64,000 nucleotides of DNA from Oligoflexales bacterium. Its GTDB lineage: Bacteria; Bdellovibrionota_B; Oligoflexia; Oligoflexales; CAIYRB01. This document shows positions 28,373 to 38,778 of the stretch, in pieces. Made by a program: the position numbers and the translations under genes. The notes beneath the pieces were generated by a model. It searched no databases. It was not told the DNA's origin and saw only the letters and a program-made list of their open reading frames with translations. Position 1 is the first letter of the stretch; every line of letters starts with the position of its first letter. Location of the stretch: contig JBGSUI010000219.1 of NCBI GenBank assembly GCA_041736175.1, positions 1-64,000 on the forward strand. Reading direction: 5' to 3'.

Positions 28373-29494
28373 ATGAGTCATTTTACCCCGAACACAGCAC
28401 CTAACAATCAGCCCCAAAAGGATCAGGCAAACCAGGCAGAATTTCTTAATTTTATTCAAGATCAAAAGGCCCAAACTGACAAAGTCTCTAGCCTCCTGAC
28501 TATGCCGACCTTTAAATTTCAGGGGACTACTGAATACAGCCCCCGTATGGCCAAGATTAAAGAACTCATCCTCCAAATCGCCGATACAAGCGTTCCGGTC
28601 CTTGTTTCTGGAGATTCCGGAGTCGGTAAAGAAATCATTGCCCGCTATATTCATTCAACATCCCTTAGCAACTCAGGCCCTTTTATCGCCGTCAACTGCG
28701 CGGCGCTGCCGACAAACCTGCTCGAAAGCGAGCTGTTTGGTCACGAAAAAGGCTCTTTTACGGGCGCACATTCTCGGCATATCGGCAAGTTTGAACAAGC
28801 CCAATCTGGCACTATCCTCCTCGATGAAATCACCGAAATGGACTTGGTCCTCCAGTCAAAGCTCCTGAGAGTCTTACAAGAAAAAGAAATCGATCGTGTC
28901 GGCGGCAACGCTCCAATACCCATCAAAACCCGTATCATCGCCACCACTAACCGCGACATCGGCAAACATGTGCAGCAGGGCCTCTTCCGCCAAGATCTCT
29001 ACTACCGACTCCATGTGATCCATATTCAAATCCCGCCCCTTAGAGAACGGATAGGTGAAATCCTGCCCCTAGCTCGGCATTTTATCGACTACTATGCCAG
29101 CCAATTTGGACGCCCCCATACAGAACTCTCCTCTCAATCCGAAAACGCCCTTAAATCCTACCCCTGGCCAGGAAATGTCCGAGAGCTACAGAATACGATC
29201 CAAAGGTCGATCCTTCTTTGTAAAAACAACGTTATTAATCTGGATGATCTCAATATCGCGCTCCCTGAAGAATCGGAACCTTTTAACACCTGGGCAAAGC
29301 ATCTTCCTATTGGCCATCTCCTCCGTGACGTTGAAACCCAATTTATCTTGGCTACCCTTAAATACCATCATGGCAATCGAACCCATGCTGCCAAAACCCT
29401 TGGTATAAGCCTAAGAACCCTGCGAAACAAGATTAACGAGTTTCACTCCGAAGGACTCGAAGTGGTTTCACCAACCAAGAGAAAACTAACATGA
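28373..29494 (+). CDS. Sigma54-dependent Fis-family activator (FlgR/FleQ-like) without a receiver domain
   Basis: GDSGVGKE, ESELFGHEKGSFTGA, WPGNVRELQN and C-terminal HTH. Confidence 0.93.
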   Translation: MSHFTPNTAPNNQPQKDQANQAEFLNFIQDQKAQTDKVSSLLTMPTFKFQGTTEYSPRMAKIKELILQIADTSVPVLVSGDSGVGKEIIARYIHSTSLSNSGPFIAVNCAALPTNLLESELFGHEKGSFTGAHSRHIGKFEQAQSGTILLDEITEMDLVLQSKLLRVLQEKEIDRVGGNAPIPIKTRIIATTNRDIGKHVQQGLFRQDLYYRLHVIHIQIPPLRERIGEILPLARHFIDYYASQFGRPHTELSSQSENALKSYPWPGNVRELQNTIQRSILLCKNNVINLDDLNIALPEESEPFNTWAKHLPIGHLLRDVETQFILATLKYHHGNRTHAAKTLGISLRTLRNKINEFHSEGLEVVSPTKRKLT

Positions 29495-29916
29495 CCAGAC
29501 AATTACTAGGCATCTTTAATTTTGCTGACCGTTTGCAGATGACCAGTCTCGATCATCGCCTTAAACGAGCTGACGTCGTTGCTGCAAATATCGCTAACGC
29601 CGAGACCCCTGGATTTAGAGCCCTAGGCTACGATTTTGAAGATCAATTGGCAAGCCTAGCCCATTTAGACCGATCGCTACCACTTAAGGTAGGAGATGAC
29701 AAACACTTTAAAAACAGCTTTACAAGGTCCGACGGTAAAGTCGAACCAGATGTGTATGTTCGCCCAACAGAGTCCGTCCCAGAGGACGGAAATACAGTGG
29801 ACATGGACAAAGAGATGATCACGATGGCAGACAATCAAATCCTCTATAAATCGGCTATAGAGATTATCAATCGAAAAATCGGGTCTTTAAAATACGCGAT
29901 CAATGGTGGTCGGTGA
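29491..29916 (+). CDS. flgB: Flagellar basal-body rod protein FlgB
   Basis: NIANAETPGF and DGNTVDMDKEM. Confidence 0.95.
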   Translation: MTRQLLGIFNFADRLQMTSLDHRLKRADVVAANIANAETPGFRALGYDFEDQLASLAHLDRSLPLKVGDDKHFKNSFTRSDGKVEPDVYVRPTESVPEDGNTVDMDKEMITMADNQILYKSAIEIINRKIGSLKYAINGGR

Positions 29917-29944
29917 TGATTTTATTGATCTCTAACAACGGAGA

Positions 29945-30388
29945 ATGTTTATGAGTCAATTTAAAGCAATGGCAATCAGTAGTTCAGGACTCTCTGCGCA
30001 GCGGTTAAGGATGAATATTTTGTCAGCAAACCTTGCCAACGCCCAGACTACCCGCGGCGACGAAGGTGGTGCCTATAAAAGAAGAGATGTGGTTTTCTCT
30101 GCCACACCGACAGGCGATAAATTTGACGATTTTTTGAATGGTACCCACGGGACCGAGCTGAGAAAAGTTGATGTGGTGGGAATCCATAAAGATCCCTCGG
30201 CGCCCAGAAAGGTCTTCGATCCCTCTCACCCTGATGCAAACCAACAGGGATTTGTCGAAATGCCTAACATTAATGTGATGACGGAGATGGTAAACATGCT
30301 TACCGCGACGAGAGCCTTTGAAGCCAATGCGACCGCCATAGATGATTCAAAACAAATGGCGATGCGGGCACTAGAAATCGGAAGGTAA
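29945..30388 (+). CDS. flgC: Flagellar basal-body rod protein FlgC
   Basis: SGLSAQRLRMN, DPSHPDA and MPNINVMTEM. Confidence 0.97.
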   Translation: MFMSQFKAMAISSSGLSAQRLRMNILSANLANAQTTRGDEGGAYKRRDVVFSATPTGDKFDDFLNGTHGTELRKVDVVGIHKDPSAPRKVFDPSHPDANQQGFVEMPNINVMTEMVNMLTATRAFEANATAIDDSKQMAMRALEIGR

Positions 30389-30412
30389 CAGATCTTTTTA
30401 ATAGGGTAAACA

Positions 30413-30745
30413 ATGGCTTTACACTCTGTACTTAAATCTAAAGAGCAGATTCTAGACACCCTCAGGAATATACAGAAAGATGTTGACCAATCCAAAAATC
30501 AAAACACGAATGCCCAATCCTCTAGCTCCAGCTTTTATGAGCATCTCAAAGAGTCCACCCAAGAGATCAATAAAGCCCAAGTCGTAGCCGATGTAAAGTC
30601 CGTGGAGTTAAATACTGGCCGTAATGGGAACATCCATGAAACCATGCTTGCAGCCACCCAAGCTGAACTATCCCTAAACTTAATGGTCCAGATCAGAAAC
30701 AAAGCCCTTGAAGCCTATAACGAAATCATGCGGATGCCAGTATAA
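30413..30745 (+). CDS. fliE: Flagellar hook-basal body protein FliE
   Basis: QIRNKALEAYNEIMRMPV. Confidence 0.97.
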   Translation: MALHSVLKSKEQILDTLRNIQKDVDQSKNQNTNAQSSSSSFYEHLKESTQEINKAQVVADVKSVELNTGRNGNIHETMLAATQAELSLNLMVQIRNKALEAYNEIMRMPV

Positions 30746-32367
30746 TGAATCAAATTAAAGATTTTTTAGCGAGTCTTAAGCAAAATATCCGCGATTTCTG
30801 GGCGACTCTCAGCAAAACCAAGAGACTCTTTGTCTATGGAGCTCTCCTAGCAGTCGTCGTGGCCTTGGTCCTAGCCTTATCGATGAGAGACAAGTCGACC
30901 TACGAATATCTCTTTGTCGACTTATCTCAGGAAGACATCAATCAAATATCCGCATCTCTAAAGCAAAATAATGTTAGCAATTTTATCATTGATCAAAAAG
31001 GCATCCAGGTGCCTGCCCAGGACGTCCTCAGATTAAGACTGAAATTGTCCCAGGACGGCCTCCCCAATCATGGGGTTGTGGGCTGGGAAAAATTTGACAA
31101 CCAAGATTTTGCTAGAACCGAATTTGAACAGCGAATCAATAAACAACGGGCGATCCAAGGAGAGCTTTCCCGAACGATTTCTCTTATCGATGGAGTTATA
31201 CATGCAAAGGTTCATATCGTTGCTCCAAAAAAGAGCTTGTTTCTCGAAGAAAAAATCGAGACAACGGCCGCCGTATACTTAAAAACTAAACCCGGTGTCA
31301 ATCTAGATAAAAAGCAAGTTAAAGGGATCGTTAATCTGGTTTCAAAATCCGTCGAAGGACTCAACCCCAATAACGTCACCATAATCGACGGCGATGGAAA
31401 GATGCTGACAGAAGCTGAGACAGACGATCCAAATGTAAAAATGACAAAGGAAATGCTTGCCTACAAGCGAGCAATCGAAAAGCAATATGAAGAAAACATT
31501 CGGGGTATCGTCGGGAGAGTGGTAGGCTTTGACCGCATTGATGTCAAGGTCGATGCGACTGTCGACTTCACTATGGAGCAACAAACCATCAGCGATGTCG
31601 ATCCCGACCGGGTCGCGACGGTGTCACGGGAAACCCAGGGATACTCCCTTAATGGCTCAGGACTCAATCCTACCGGAATCCCCGGTGCCAAGTCAAATGT
31701 ACCTGGCGAACAAGAATCCATTAATATGAGTCAAGCTTCGACCTCCAATAAAAAAGATTCCGAAGTGGTCAACTTTGAGATTGCAAAGAAGGTCAGTCAA
31801 AAAACCCTTCCTGTCGGCAAGATTGTAAAGCTCTCTACCGCTGTTATCGTCGATGGCAAACAGCAGTATCTGCCCGATGGGACCCAGCCTATATTCGAAG
31901 CTCGTACCGAAGAAGAGCTGAAAAAGCTGGACGAATTGGTCAAATCAGCCATTGGTTTTGAGGAAAAGCGTGGCGATATTGTCACAGTAAGAAATATGAT
32001 GTTTCAGCTTGACCAAATCAAAATCGATACGATCAAAGAAGAAACTCGCCAAACAAGAGAATATATATCGACGTTGGCTGTTTCTGCGGCGATAGCACTC
32101 GGGCTCGTGTTTTTCTTTGCCCTCATTGTCAGACCCTACTTCCGCTGGCTCTCCTATGACCCGTCACGTAAACATGACCAGCAGGTTGTTGAAGACTTTA
32201 AACCCGACTTGGAACTAGGTACATTGCAAAATGTGCAGATTAAAGAAGATATACCTTTTGAAAAGCTCTCGCCTCAAGAACAGGTGATGTTTTTGGCAAA
32301 AAATGAACCTAAACGAACGACCGAAGCGCTCCGCCTCCTCTTAAACCCGCACCATAACGTAACTTAA
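30745..32367 (+). CDS. fliF: Flagellar M-ring protein FliF
   Basis: VGWEKFD, RAIQGELSRTI and GIPGAKSN; two TMs. Confidence 0.96.
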   Translation: MNQIKDFLASLKQNIRDFWATLSKTKRLFVYGALLAVVVALVLALSMRDKSTYEYLFVDLSQEDINQISASLKQNNVSNFIIDQKGIQVPAQDVLRLRLKLSQDGLPNHGVVGWEKFDNQDFARTEFEQRINKQRAIQGELSRTISLIDGVIHAKVHIVAPKKSLFLEEKIETTAAVYLKTKPGVNLDKKQVKGIVNLVSKSVEGLNPNNVTIIDGDGKMLTEAETDDPNVKMTKEMLAYKRAIEKQYEENIRGIVGRVVGFDRIDVKVDATVDFTMEQQTISDVDPDRVATVSRETQGYSLNGSGLNPTGIPGAKSNVPGEQESINMSQASTSNKKDSEVVNFEIAKKVSQKTLPVGKIVKLSTAVIVDGKQQYLPDGTQPIFEARTEEELKKLDELVKSAIGFEEKRGDIVTVRNMMFQLDQIKIDTIKEETRQTREYISTLAVSAAIALGLVFFFALIVRPYFRWLSYDPSRKHDQQVVEDFKPDLELGTLQNVQIKEDIPFEKLSPQEQVMFLAKNEPKRTTEALRLLLNPHHNVT

Positions 32368-32403
32368 ATATCGCCCTTTACTTAAAATTCTTGGAGATCT
32401 TGG

Positions 32404-33588
32404 ATGACCGATGGACCGAAACGGCTGGGGAGATTCCTTAAGAAGGGGACTTCGGTTTTCGAAAAAATCTCCCTTGTAGATTTTTCTTTCCAGGATATCA
32501 AGGCGCCCAAAGGCCTAACCCCAGACAACGCGAATCGAACGATTATTCATATTGAGAATCATGACCAAGAGTCTTTAGATCACGCTCTCAAAGAACACAC
32601 AAAGTTTGACCTGGATCTGATATCGCCCGAAGACCGCCAGCGGGTTATTATGCCCCGTGACTTTACTGCGGATTGGGAGCGAGATCGATCCATGCGAAAG
32701 AGAAAAGTCGCTAGGTTTGATGACGATGATTTCGAATTGGAGCTTGATTCCTTAAAAAGGACCAAGACTCCTGTCCAACCAGCTCCTGATACGCCAAGTG
32801 ACCTTCCATCACCCCCCCCTGCCCCAAAGATAGATACCTGGCAAACCATGGAGGAGGTCGGTAAAGCTATCAACGAACTCCATTCCAAAGAAACCAGCAA
32901 GGAACAACCCATCCAACCTATGGTCCAAAGCACAATACCAGAAAACTCAAATTTCACACAGGTTTCTCCAGAACAAGAAGTCGCTGCTCTCGCTCAGTAC
33001 CAGCGGCAGCAACAAGAACTCGCCAAAATGAAAGCTGAGTTTCAAGAGGAGCTGGAAAATATACTGGAATCCGAAAAAGCAAAGGCCTACCGCGAAGGCT
33101 TTAGCCTTGGAGAAGAAAAGGCAGAACTACAGACGAGAACCAAAAGCGTTGAACTCCTCAAAAACATCACCCAGATCGTCGCCGAACTTTCACAGCTAAA
33201 ATTTTTAATTCTCAGCAATGTCCAAGAAAATTTTTACACAATCTGTCAGGCTATCGGCGAGGCCCTCGTTAAGCGGGAGTTTTCTATCCATCCTGATACC
33301 TTTGCAGAAGTACTTCGTCGCGCATTATCCGAATCCGTACAACCCAATAACGTCAAAATCCTCGTCCATCCAGAAATGTATGATAAGCTTATGACTCTCA
33401 ATATTGCCGATTTAAAGGGCATTTTGCAAAAAGATGACCAGATCGATAAAGCAGGATTTAAATTAGAATCGCACCTAAGCGTGATCGACGGAAATATTTC
33501 AGAAATGATCAGCAAAATGCTCAAGCAAGCTGACTTAGGAATCTTTGATAAAGGCGACCAGCCAGAAAACGATCGGAAGATTGCATGA
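32404..33588 (+). CDS. fliH: FliH-like flagellar assembly protein with long N-terminal extension
   Basis: AYREGFSLGEEKA glycine-repeat segment; VHP and IDGNI in the C-terminus; directly before fliI. Confidence 0.8.
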   Translation: MTDGPKRLGRFLKKGTSVFEKISLVDFSFQDIKAPKGLTPDNANRTIIHIENHDQESLDHALKEHTKFDLDLISPEDRQRVIMPRDFTADWERDRSMRKRKVARFDDDDFELELDSLKRTKTPVQPAPDTPSDLPSPPPAPKIDTWQTMEEVGKAINELHSKETSKEQPIQPMVQSTIPENSNFTQVSPEQEVAALAQYQRQQQELAKMKAEFQEELENILESEKAKAYREGFSLGEEKAELQTRTKSVELLKNITQIVAELSQLKFLILSNVQENFYTICQAIGEALVKREFSIHPDTFAEVLRRALSESVQPNNVKILVHPEMYDKLMTLNIADLKGILQKDDQIDKAGFKLESHLSVIDGNISEMISKMLKQADLGIFDKGDQPENDRKIA

Positions 33589-34994
33589 CCTATGACTCGT
33601 CATTTAATATTCGGAAATTCGACAAAACCTCACTGGCAGACTCTTTTAGGGGTGTTCGGTTTGAGTCCTTTGGTAAAATCACCGATATCAAGGGCCATGT
33701 GATCGAAGCTCATCTACCCAAAACTCCCATAGGTACAGTAGTCACCATTGGTCTCCCGCCCCCTATGAGTAGTGGACTGGCCGCTGCTGAATACCAACCT
33801 ATCCTAGGAGAGGTCATCGGCTTTCGAGATGAATATAAGGTAACGATTCTGCCCTATGGTTCTATTTCTGGGATCGCCCCTGGTTGTCCTGTTCGGATTG
33901 GCGATGTTTGGAACCGAATTCCTGTTCACGAAAAACTCCTTGGGAGGGTCTTGGGCCCAATGCTCAACCCACTTGATGGCCTACCGCCCATCGATTTTAC
34001 CGACTCAGCGACGTATCCCGTTGATCGGGAAGCGCCCAATCCAATGTCCCGAAGTCGCATCCATAAACCAATGGCTTTAGGAGTCCGAGCGATTGATGGA
34101 CTCCTAACGTTTGGAGAAGGCCAAAGGATTGGCATTATGGCCGGTGCTGGAGTGGGAAAAAGTGTCTTGCTCGGTATGATTGCAAGAAACACCGCAGCAG
34201 ATATCAATGTGATTGGCCTTATCGGCGAACGTGGTCGGGAGGTACGAGAGTTTATTGAACGGGATTTAGGCCCCGAAGGTTTAAAGCGCAGTGTCGTGAT
34301 CGTCACAACTTCTGACCAATCACCCCTCCTGCGGGTCCGCGCTGCTAAAGTCGTAACAGCTATATCTGAAGGTTTTTCGGCGTGCGGAAAAAGCGTCCTG
34401 TTGTTTATGGATAGCCTTACACGGGTCGCCATGGCCCAAAGGGAGATCGGCCAGGCGAGGCAGGAAACCCCCACCTCTAAAGGCTATACAACGTCGGTCT
34501 TTTCTCTGTTGCCCGCTCTTTTAGAACGCTGTGGACCCCAATCCGCTGGTCATGGCTCGATTAGCGGCATCTATACGGTGTTGGTCGATGGCGATGACTT
34601 TAATGATCCCATACCTGATGCTGCCAGGTCGATCTTAGATGGCCAGATCCAGCTCTCTAGGGCGCTAGCCAATAAAGGGCATTTTCCGGCGATTGATTTA
34701 TCCAGTTCCCTGTCTCGGGTTATGAACGATATCATCAGCGAGGAACACAGGGAGCTGGCTCTAACAGTTAGGTCCTTACTCGGTACCTATAAAGAAAATC
34801 AAGATTATGTGCAGATCGGCGCCTACCAATCTGGGACCAATCCCACCCTTGATGCTGCAATCTCTCTGATGCCCTCTATCGATCGTTTTTTGCGCCAGGG
34901 AGTCTCTGAATCTTCACTCTTTGACAGCACTCTCCAAGGGCTTGCCAATATTTTTAGACAGAAATCGACCAGTCAACCACAAAAGCGAAATTAA
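33585..34994 (+). CDS. fliI: Flagellar export ATPase FliI
   Basis: GAGVGKS, LIGERGREV, DSLTR and LDGQI. Confidence 0.96.
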   Translation: MTYDSSFNIRKFDKTSLADSFRGVRFESFGKITDIKGHVIEAHLPKTPIGTVVTIGLPPPMSSGLAAAEYQPILGEVIGFRDEYKVTILPYGSISGIAPGCPVRIGDVWNRIPVHEKLLGRVLGPMLNPLDGLPPIDFTDSATYPVDREAPNPMSRSRIHKPMALGVRAIDGLLTFGEGQRIGIMAGAGVGKSVLLGMIARNTAADINVIGLIGERGREVREFIERDLGPEGLKRSVVIVTTSDQSPLLRVRAAKVVTAISEGFSACGKSVLLFMDSLTRVAMAQREIGQARQETPTSKGYTTSVFSLLPALLERCGPQSAGHGSISGIYTVLVDGDDFNDPIPDAARSILDGQIQLSRALANKGHFPAIDLSSSLSRVMNDIISEEHRELALTVRSLLGTYKENQDYVQIGAYQSGTNPTLDAAISLMPSIDRFLRQGVSESSLFDSTLQGLANIFRQKSTSQPQKRN

Positions 34995-34998
34995 CTAA

Positions 34999-35448
34999 AT
35001 GCAAGATCTACTAAACAAAATCCATAAAATCGATGCTCTGGTACGCATCAAAAAAATCGAGCTACAAAAGATCCAGATGGCGCTGGGCCAGACGAGACAA
35101 AAAAAGGCAAATCTCATAAATGAGATGAAATCTAAACAACTTCGTTATTTAGAGGGGGTCGAACATTTAAACAGCGTTCGCTCCTCAAACTATAGGAATA
35201 ACCTAAAAACTCTAGAAGAGGCTGTCGATCATTCAAAAAACCTGTGGTTTTCTAGCTTTAAGGCTATGCAAGAGGTCGATTTCTTAGAAAAGTCCCAAAT
35301 CCAACAAGTCATCACTGCTGAAACCAATTTAAAAGCTATTGAGCAAATACAAACCACCTATCAGACTTCCTATAGCACCCAGATTCAGATATTCGAGCAA
35401 AAGCAGCTCGATGAATTTTCTATTCGTAAAACCGATAAACATCGCTAA
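34999..35448 (+). CDS. fliJ: FliJ-like coiled-coil export chaperone
   Basis: 149-aa coiled coil ending EQKQLDE; directly after fliI. Confidence 0.75.
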   Translation: MQDLLNKIHKIDALVRIKKIELQKIQMALGQTRQKKANLINEMKSKQLRYLEGVEHLNSVRSSNYRNNLKTLEEAVDHSKNLWFSSFKAMQEVDFLEKSQIQQVITAETNLKAIEQIQTTYQTSYSTQIQIFEQKQLDEFSIRKTDKHR

Positions 35449-35464
35449 AAATGGTCCTTAACCC

Positions 35465-36244
35465 ATGGAACTCCTCCCCTCAAATCGTTTCCCATTAAAA
35501 AGCCTCCTATGTCTAAAGATCTTTATCTTGACTGGACTGGTCATGGTTCACTTTAACTATATAAAAATAGGTGAAATAGACCTCTTTGGCCAAGATAAAA
35601 GAGACAGTAATCCAAAATCCGCCGACAGCGACCAGCAATCAACCCAAGGCAAAAACATCAAAGAAAAACCTTCAAAAGAGACCAATACCACCGCAGAAAA
35701 GACTCGCAAAAGCTTTATTTCAGATCTTTTAGAACTCCCAAGTCTCGATCCTCAGTCCATTAAAAAAGAAGAGCTAGGAAAATATATAGAAATTGCAAAT
35801 CGCAAGGAGAGGCAAATAATTGAAAGGCTTGATCTACTGAAGAAAAAAGAAAATCAGCTCAAAGAACTTGAGAAATCAGTGGAAGAAAAAATCAGTGTTC
35901 TAGATGAGGAACGCAAGTTTTTTGCCCAATCAATCCAAAAAGAGAAGGACCTAAAAAACGAAAGAGTGACCCAACTCATCACCCTATATGCCAAGATGGA
36001 GCCTAAGAAGGCCGCCCCCGTCTTTGAAAAGCTAGATCGAGATCTGGTCGTCGAGCTGTTTAAACAGTTGCCACAAAAGCAAGTGACTGCCATCTTAGAA
36101 GCAATGACCCCAGACCGCTCCGTCGCTCTCAGCGAGTATTATGGTCGCGTTCGTTCTGCGAGAGAGTACGACCTCCTCAAAGAAATGAATCAGTCCCTCA
36201 AAAAAGAGTTTGACGACTGCAAGGGCATGCCTCCATCAAACTAA
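35465..36244 (+). CDS. MotE/FlbB-like protein (MgtE-N-like C-terminus)
   Basis: TM plus coiled coil plus LYAKMEPKKAA...ILEAMTP; after fliJ. Confidence 0.8.
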   Translation: MELLPSNRFPLKSLLCLKIFILTGLVMVHFNYIKIGEIDLFGQDKRDSNPKSADSDQQSTQGKNIKEKPSKETNTTAEKTRKSFISDLLELPSLDPQSIKKEELGKYIEIANRKERQIIERLDLLKKKENQLKELEKSVEEKISVLDEERKFFAQSIQKEKDLKNERVTQLITLYAKMEPKKAAPVFEKLDRDLVVELFKQLPQKQVTAILEAMTPDRSVALSEYYGRVRSAREYDLLKEMNQSLKKEFDDCKGMPPSN

Positions 36245-36245
36245 A

Positions 36246-36298
36246 TTTAATTGTCTGGCTAATATTAAAATATAATTTAATATTTTTGGATAGTTAAA
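36246..36298. terminator. AT-rich inverted repeat between convergent genes
   Basis: AATATTAAA-N6-TTTAATATT with an outer imperfect stem. Confidence 0.35.
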
Positions 36299-36309
36299 CC
36301 TAGGCTATA

Positions 36310-37644
36310 TCACTTAATCACACCTAAATATTTAAGAGCTTTTTGAATCATCCCCCTCTGCTCTTGGGTTAGACGCATCAAATCACAAAACTCTCCTAAT
36401 TTAGCTTCGTAGCTCACTTCTTTAACCGGCTTATCTTTGGCCGGTGCCTGTTGGTTAGGAAACTCGATTCGGTCGAGCATACCATGGAGCTCACCAGGAG
36501 AACGCTCACCCGCAGCCATGGTATTCAGGAGATAGCGTACCGTCAACTTAGACCCCAACTTACGGACTCGTTGCTTGACCGCTTCGTCCCATTGGGAAGC
36601 CCTGACGTATTTGCCAATCGTTCTAAGATCCCCATCCAGTAGAACCGCGATCTCGGCTGTGGACATCCCTAGGCCAACCAATTGGCCATAGCCCTGTGCT
36701 TTGTCGAGAAAGTGTAGGTCCTCTCGGTTGATATTTTCAGCCAGTCCGGCCAAGGTTCGGTGCCTTGAAGACTGAAATTTCTTTAGGGCACAGACTACCT
36801 TTTCATATCCCAACGACTCCAGCGCCAACAAACGTCGATGACCGGAAATACACACCAGATGGGGCTCAGCCCCTTCTTCGCTTTGACGAACTTCCACAAC
36901 GGGAGGATTCTGCAGACCTATCGTGCGAATGGATTCCTTGAGATTTCTAAACTCGTGACTGTTGATATTGATTTGGTACCGGATATTTTGATCCCGCTCA
37001 ATATCACCAATGTTTAGCTCAAAAAATCCATTTAGATCTGCAATTTCAGAAAGAGTCAGGGGTTTGATCGGCTGCTGTTCAACCAAAGCCTCTGTAGCTC
37101 TGTTATTTTTCAGGATACCTTCTGCTTCATCCTCTGTGATTCTCACCAGAGAAACCTGGAGGATCGAACGACCACACTCTTTTGCTGCTATCACGAGTTC
37201 GTAAAGAGTCAAGAGTTGAAACTCGAGATCTTCATCCGAACTGCCTTTTACATTGACGAGGGGGCGTCCTGGCTGGGCCTCTGGGTTAGCCGCCAACAGC
37301 TTGCGATAATAGTCTGCTAGCTTAGAGCCATGAGCCTGTTTTTCGGATTCTGCATCAAGATGCAAGTTTTCGATCTTTATGGGACCCGCTTCCCCACGTC
37401 CAGCTCGTTCTATCGACCTTTCAAAACGACTGGGAGCTTTTTGTAAGGGTGCTTCTTCTTTGGCGACAGGAGCGGGGTCCATTACCGTGGTAATCCCTTG
37501 ATCTAATCCTTCAAACTGCAGGAGCTGGTCGATTTTATGGAGTGCTTTTTCATTTGTGGACGTGTTTTTTGAAGACGCCCCTTGTAGGGGCCTCTTAGGC
37601 AGTCCCTTGGGGGCTGATTTACTATTTTTTCTGATTTCTTTCAT
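36310..37644 (-). CDS. ParB/Spo0J family protein with long N-terminal extension
   Basis: LKESIRTIGLQNPPVV, ISGHRRLLA, ENINREDL and a following HTH. Confidence 0.88.
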   Translation of the reverse strand: MKEIRKNSKSAPKGLPKRPLQGASSKNTSTNEKALHKIDQLLQFEGLDQGITTVMDPAPVAKEEAPLQKAPSRFERSIERAGRGEAGPIKIENLHLDAESEKQAHGSKLADYYRKLLAANPEAQPGRPLVNVKGSSDEDLEFQLLTLYELVIAAKECGRSILQVSLVRITEDEAEGILKNNRATEALVEQQPIKPLTLSEIADLNGFFELNIGDIERDQNIRYQININSHEFRNLKESIRTIGLQNPPVVEVRQSEEGAEPHLVCISGHRRLLALESLGYEKVVCALKKFQSSRHRTLAGLAENINREDLHFLDKAQGYGQLVGLGMSTAEIAVLLDGDLRTIGKYVRASQWDEAVKQRVRKLGSKLTVRYLLNTMAAGERSPGELHGMLDRIEFPNQQAPAKDKPVKEVSYEAKLGEFCDLMRLTQEQRGMIQKALKYLGVIK

Positions 37645-37668
37645 ACAAGTCTGCTCCTTAAATTCAAA

Positions 37669-38550
37669 TTAAATGAGTTCGTCAGATTCAGATTCTATTT
37701 CTTGGCGGATTTCTTTTTCGATGCTTTTAAATTCGATGGGTTTTTGGGTCCTTTTGGTGCTCGCCTGTTTGGTTTTAGCTGCAAATTCTTTTGCTAAGAC
37801 CTTAAAGGCTAAACTCACCGCTGCTTTGGGATCACATAATACCACTGGTTTTGAAATCAGCTTTGATGAACTCAGTCGTTTAGATGCTGGGATTACGCTT
37901 TTAAACACCGAGTAGTTACCACGCTTAGCGCCCTCACGTATTTTTGCCTCAAGCCGCCGATGGGTTGCTTCAAGTTTATCAAATTTTGTAATCAACACCC
38001 CCGCTAAAGAGAGCTGATGATTGTAGCGTCTTTTGACCTGCTCCACCTGTTGAAAGAGATCACTAAGTCCAACGATCGGGTCGAGTTCGGCAAAGAGGGG
38101 AACGACATAGTAATGACTTGCCACGAGCGCACTCAGGGTTAAACAGTCCATGTCAGGATGAGTATCAAAAATCACAATATCGTAGGCTTTTAAACTCTCT
38201 GATGTTTTCCATTCTTCAAACAGATACTCGCGGCCAATAGCACTATTTTTTGATTTGGCGTAGTCAAGAAGGCCACGATGGCTGCTCAAAATATCGATGT
38301 TTTTGTGGGGTGTTGGCATGATGCTTTCCTCTAAGGGGAGCTTTCCGGTAAGCACCCCAAAGACATTTCCTTTAGGATCATCTCTTTTCATGCCCAAACC
38401 AGTCGTCGCGTTTCCCTGAAAATCCAGATCAATTACCAGGACCTTTTTGCCTTGGAGGCCCAAGGTCACCGCTAAATTGACTACAACGGTGGTTTTCCCT
38501 ACTCCACCCTTTAAATTTGCAACGGTCGTCAAAATTGGGCCAGCGCTCAT
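37669..38550 (-). CDS. ParA/Soj family ATPase
   Basis: KGGVGKTT, DLDFQGN and FDTHP; ATG at 38550 with AAGGAG RBS. Confidence 0.93.
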   Translation of the reverse strand: MSAGPILTTVANLKGGVGKTTVVVNLAVTLGLQGKKVLVIDLDFQGNATTGLGMKRDDPKGNVFGVLTGKLPLEESIMPTPHKNIDILSSHRGLLDYAKSKNSAIGREYLFEEWKTSESLKAYDIVIFDTHPDMDCLTLSALVASHYYVVPLFAELDPIVGLSDLFQQVEQVKRRYNHQLSLAGVLITKFDKLEATHRRLEAKIREGAKRGNYSVFKSVIPASKRLSSSKLISKPVVLCDPKAAVSLAFKVLAKEFAAKTKQASTKRTQKPIEFKSIEKEIRQEIESESDELI

Positions 38551-38683
38551 TGGTAAATACTCCTTTAAAATTTGAATCAATAATGACCCTATTCTAGTCT
38601 GATGCTCCCTAAAATCAAAGAATTATTCAGCATAGTCTTTGCATAGATTCAAATTTGATTTATGATGAGGTTCGGCCCTTATC

Positions 38684-38778
38684 GTGAAACCGTTTCACCA
38701 TCGACCCTAGTGGCTGGCTCCCTATACCTTTCCACCCACCATGGTGGTTCTAAATCCAGGGAGGTGAAACCGTTTCAC
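38684..38778. promoter_or_regulatory. Two GTGAAAC-C-GTTTCAC palindromes 80 bp apart
   Basis: Identical 15-mers at 38684-38698 and 38764-38778, between divergent parA and the SprT-like gene. Confidence 0.75.
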
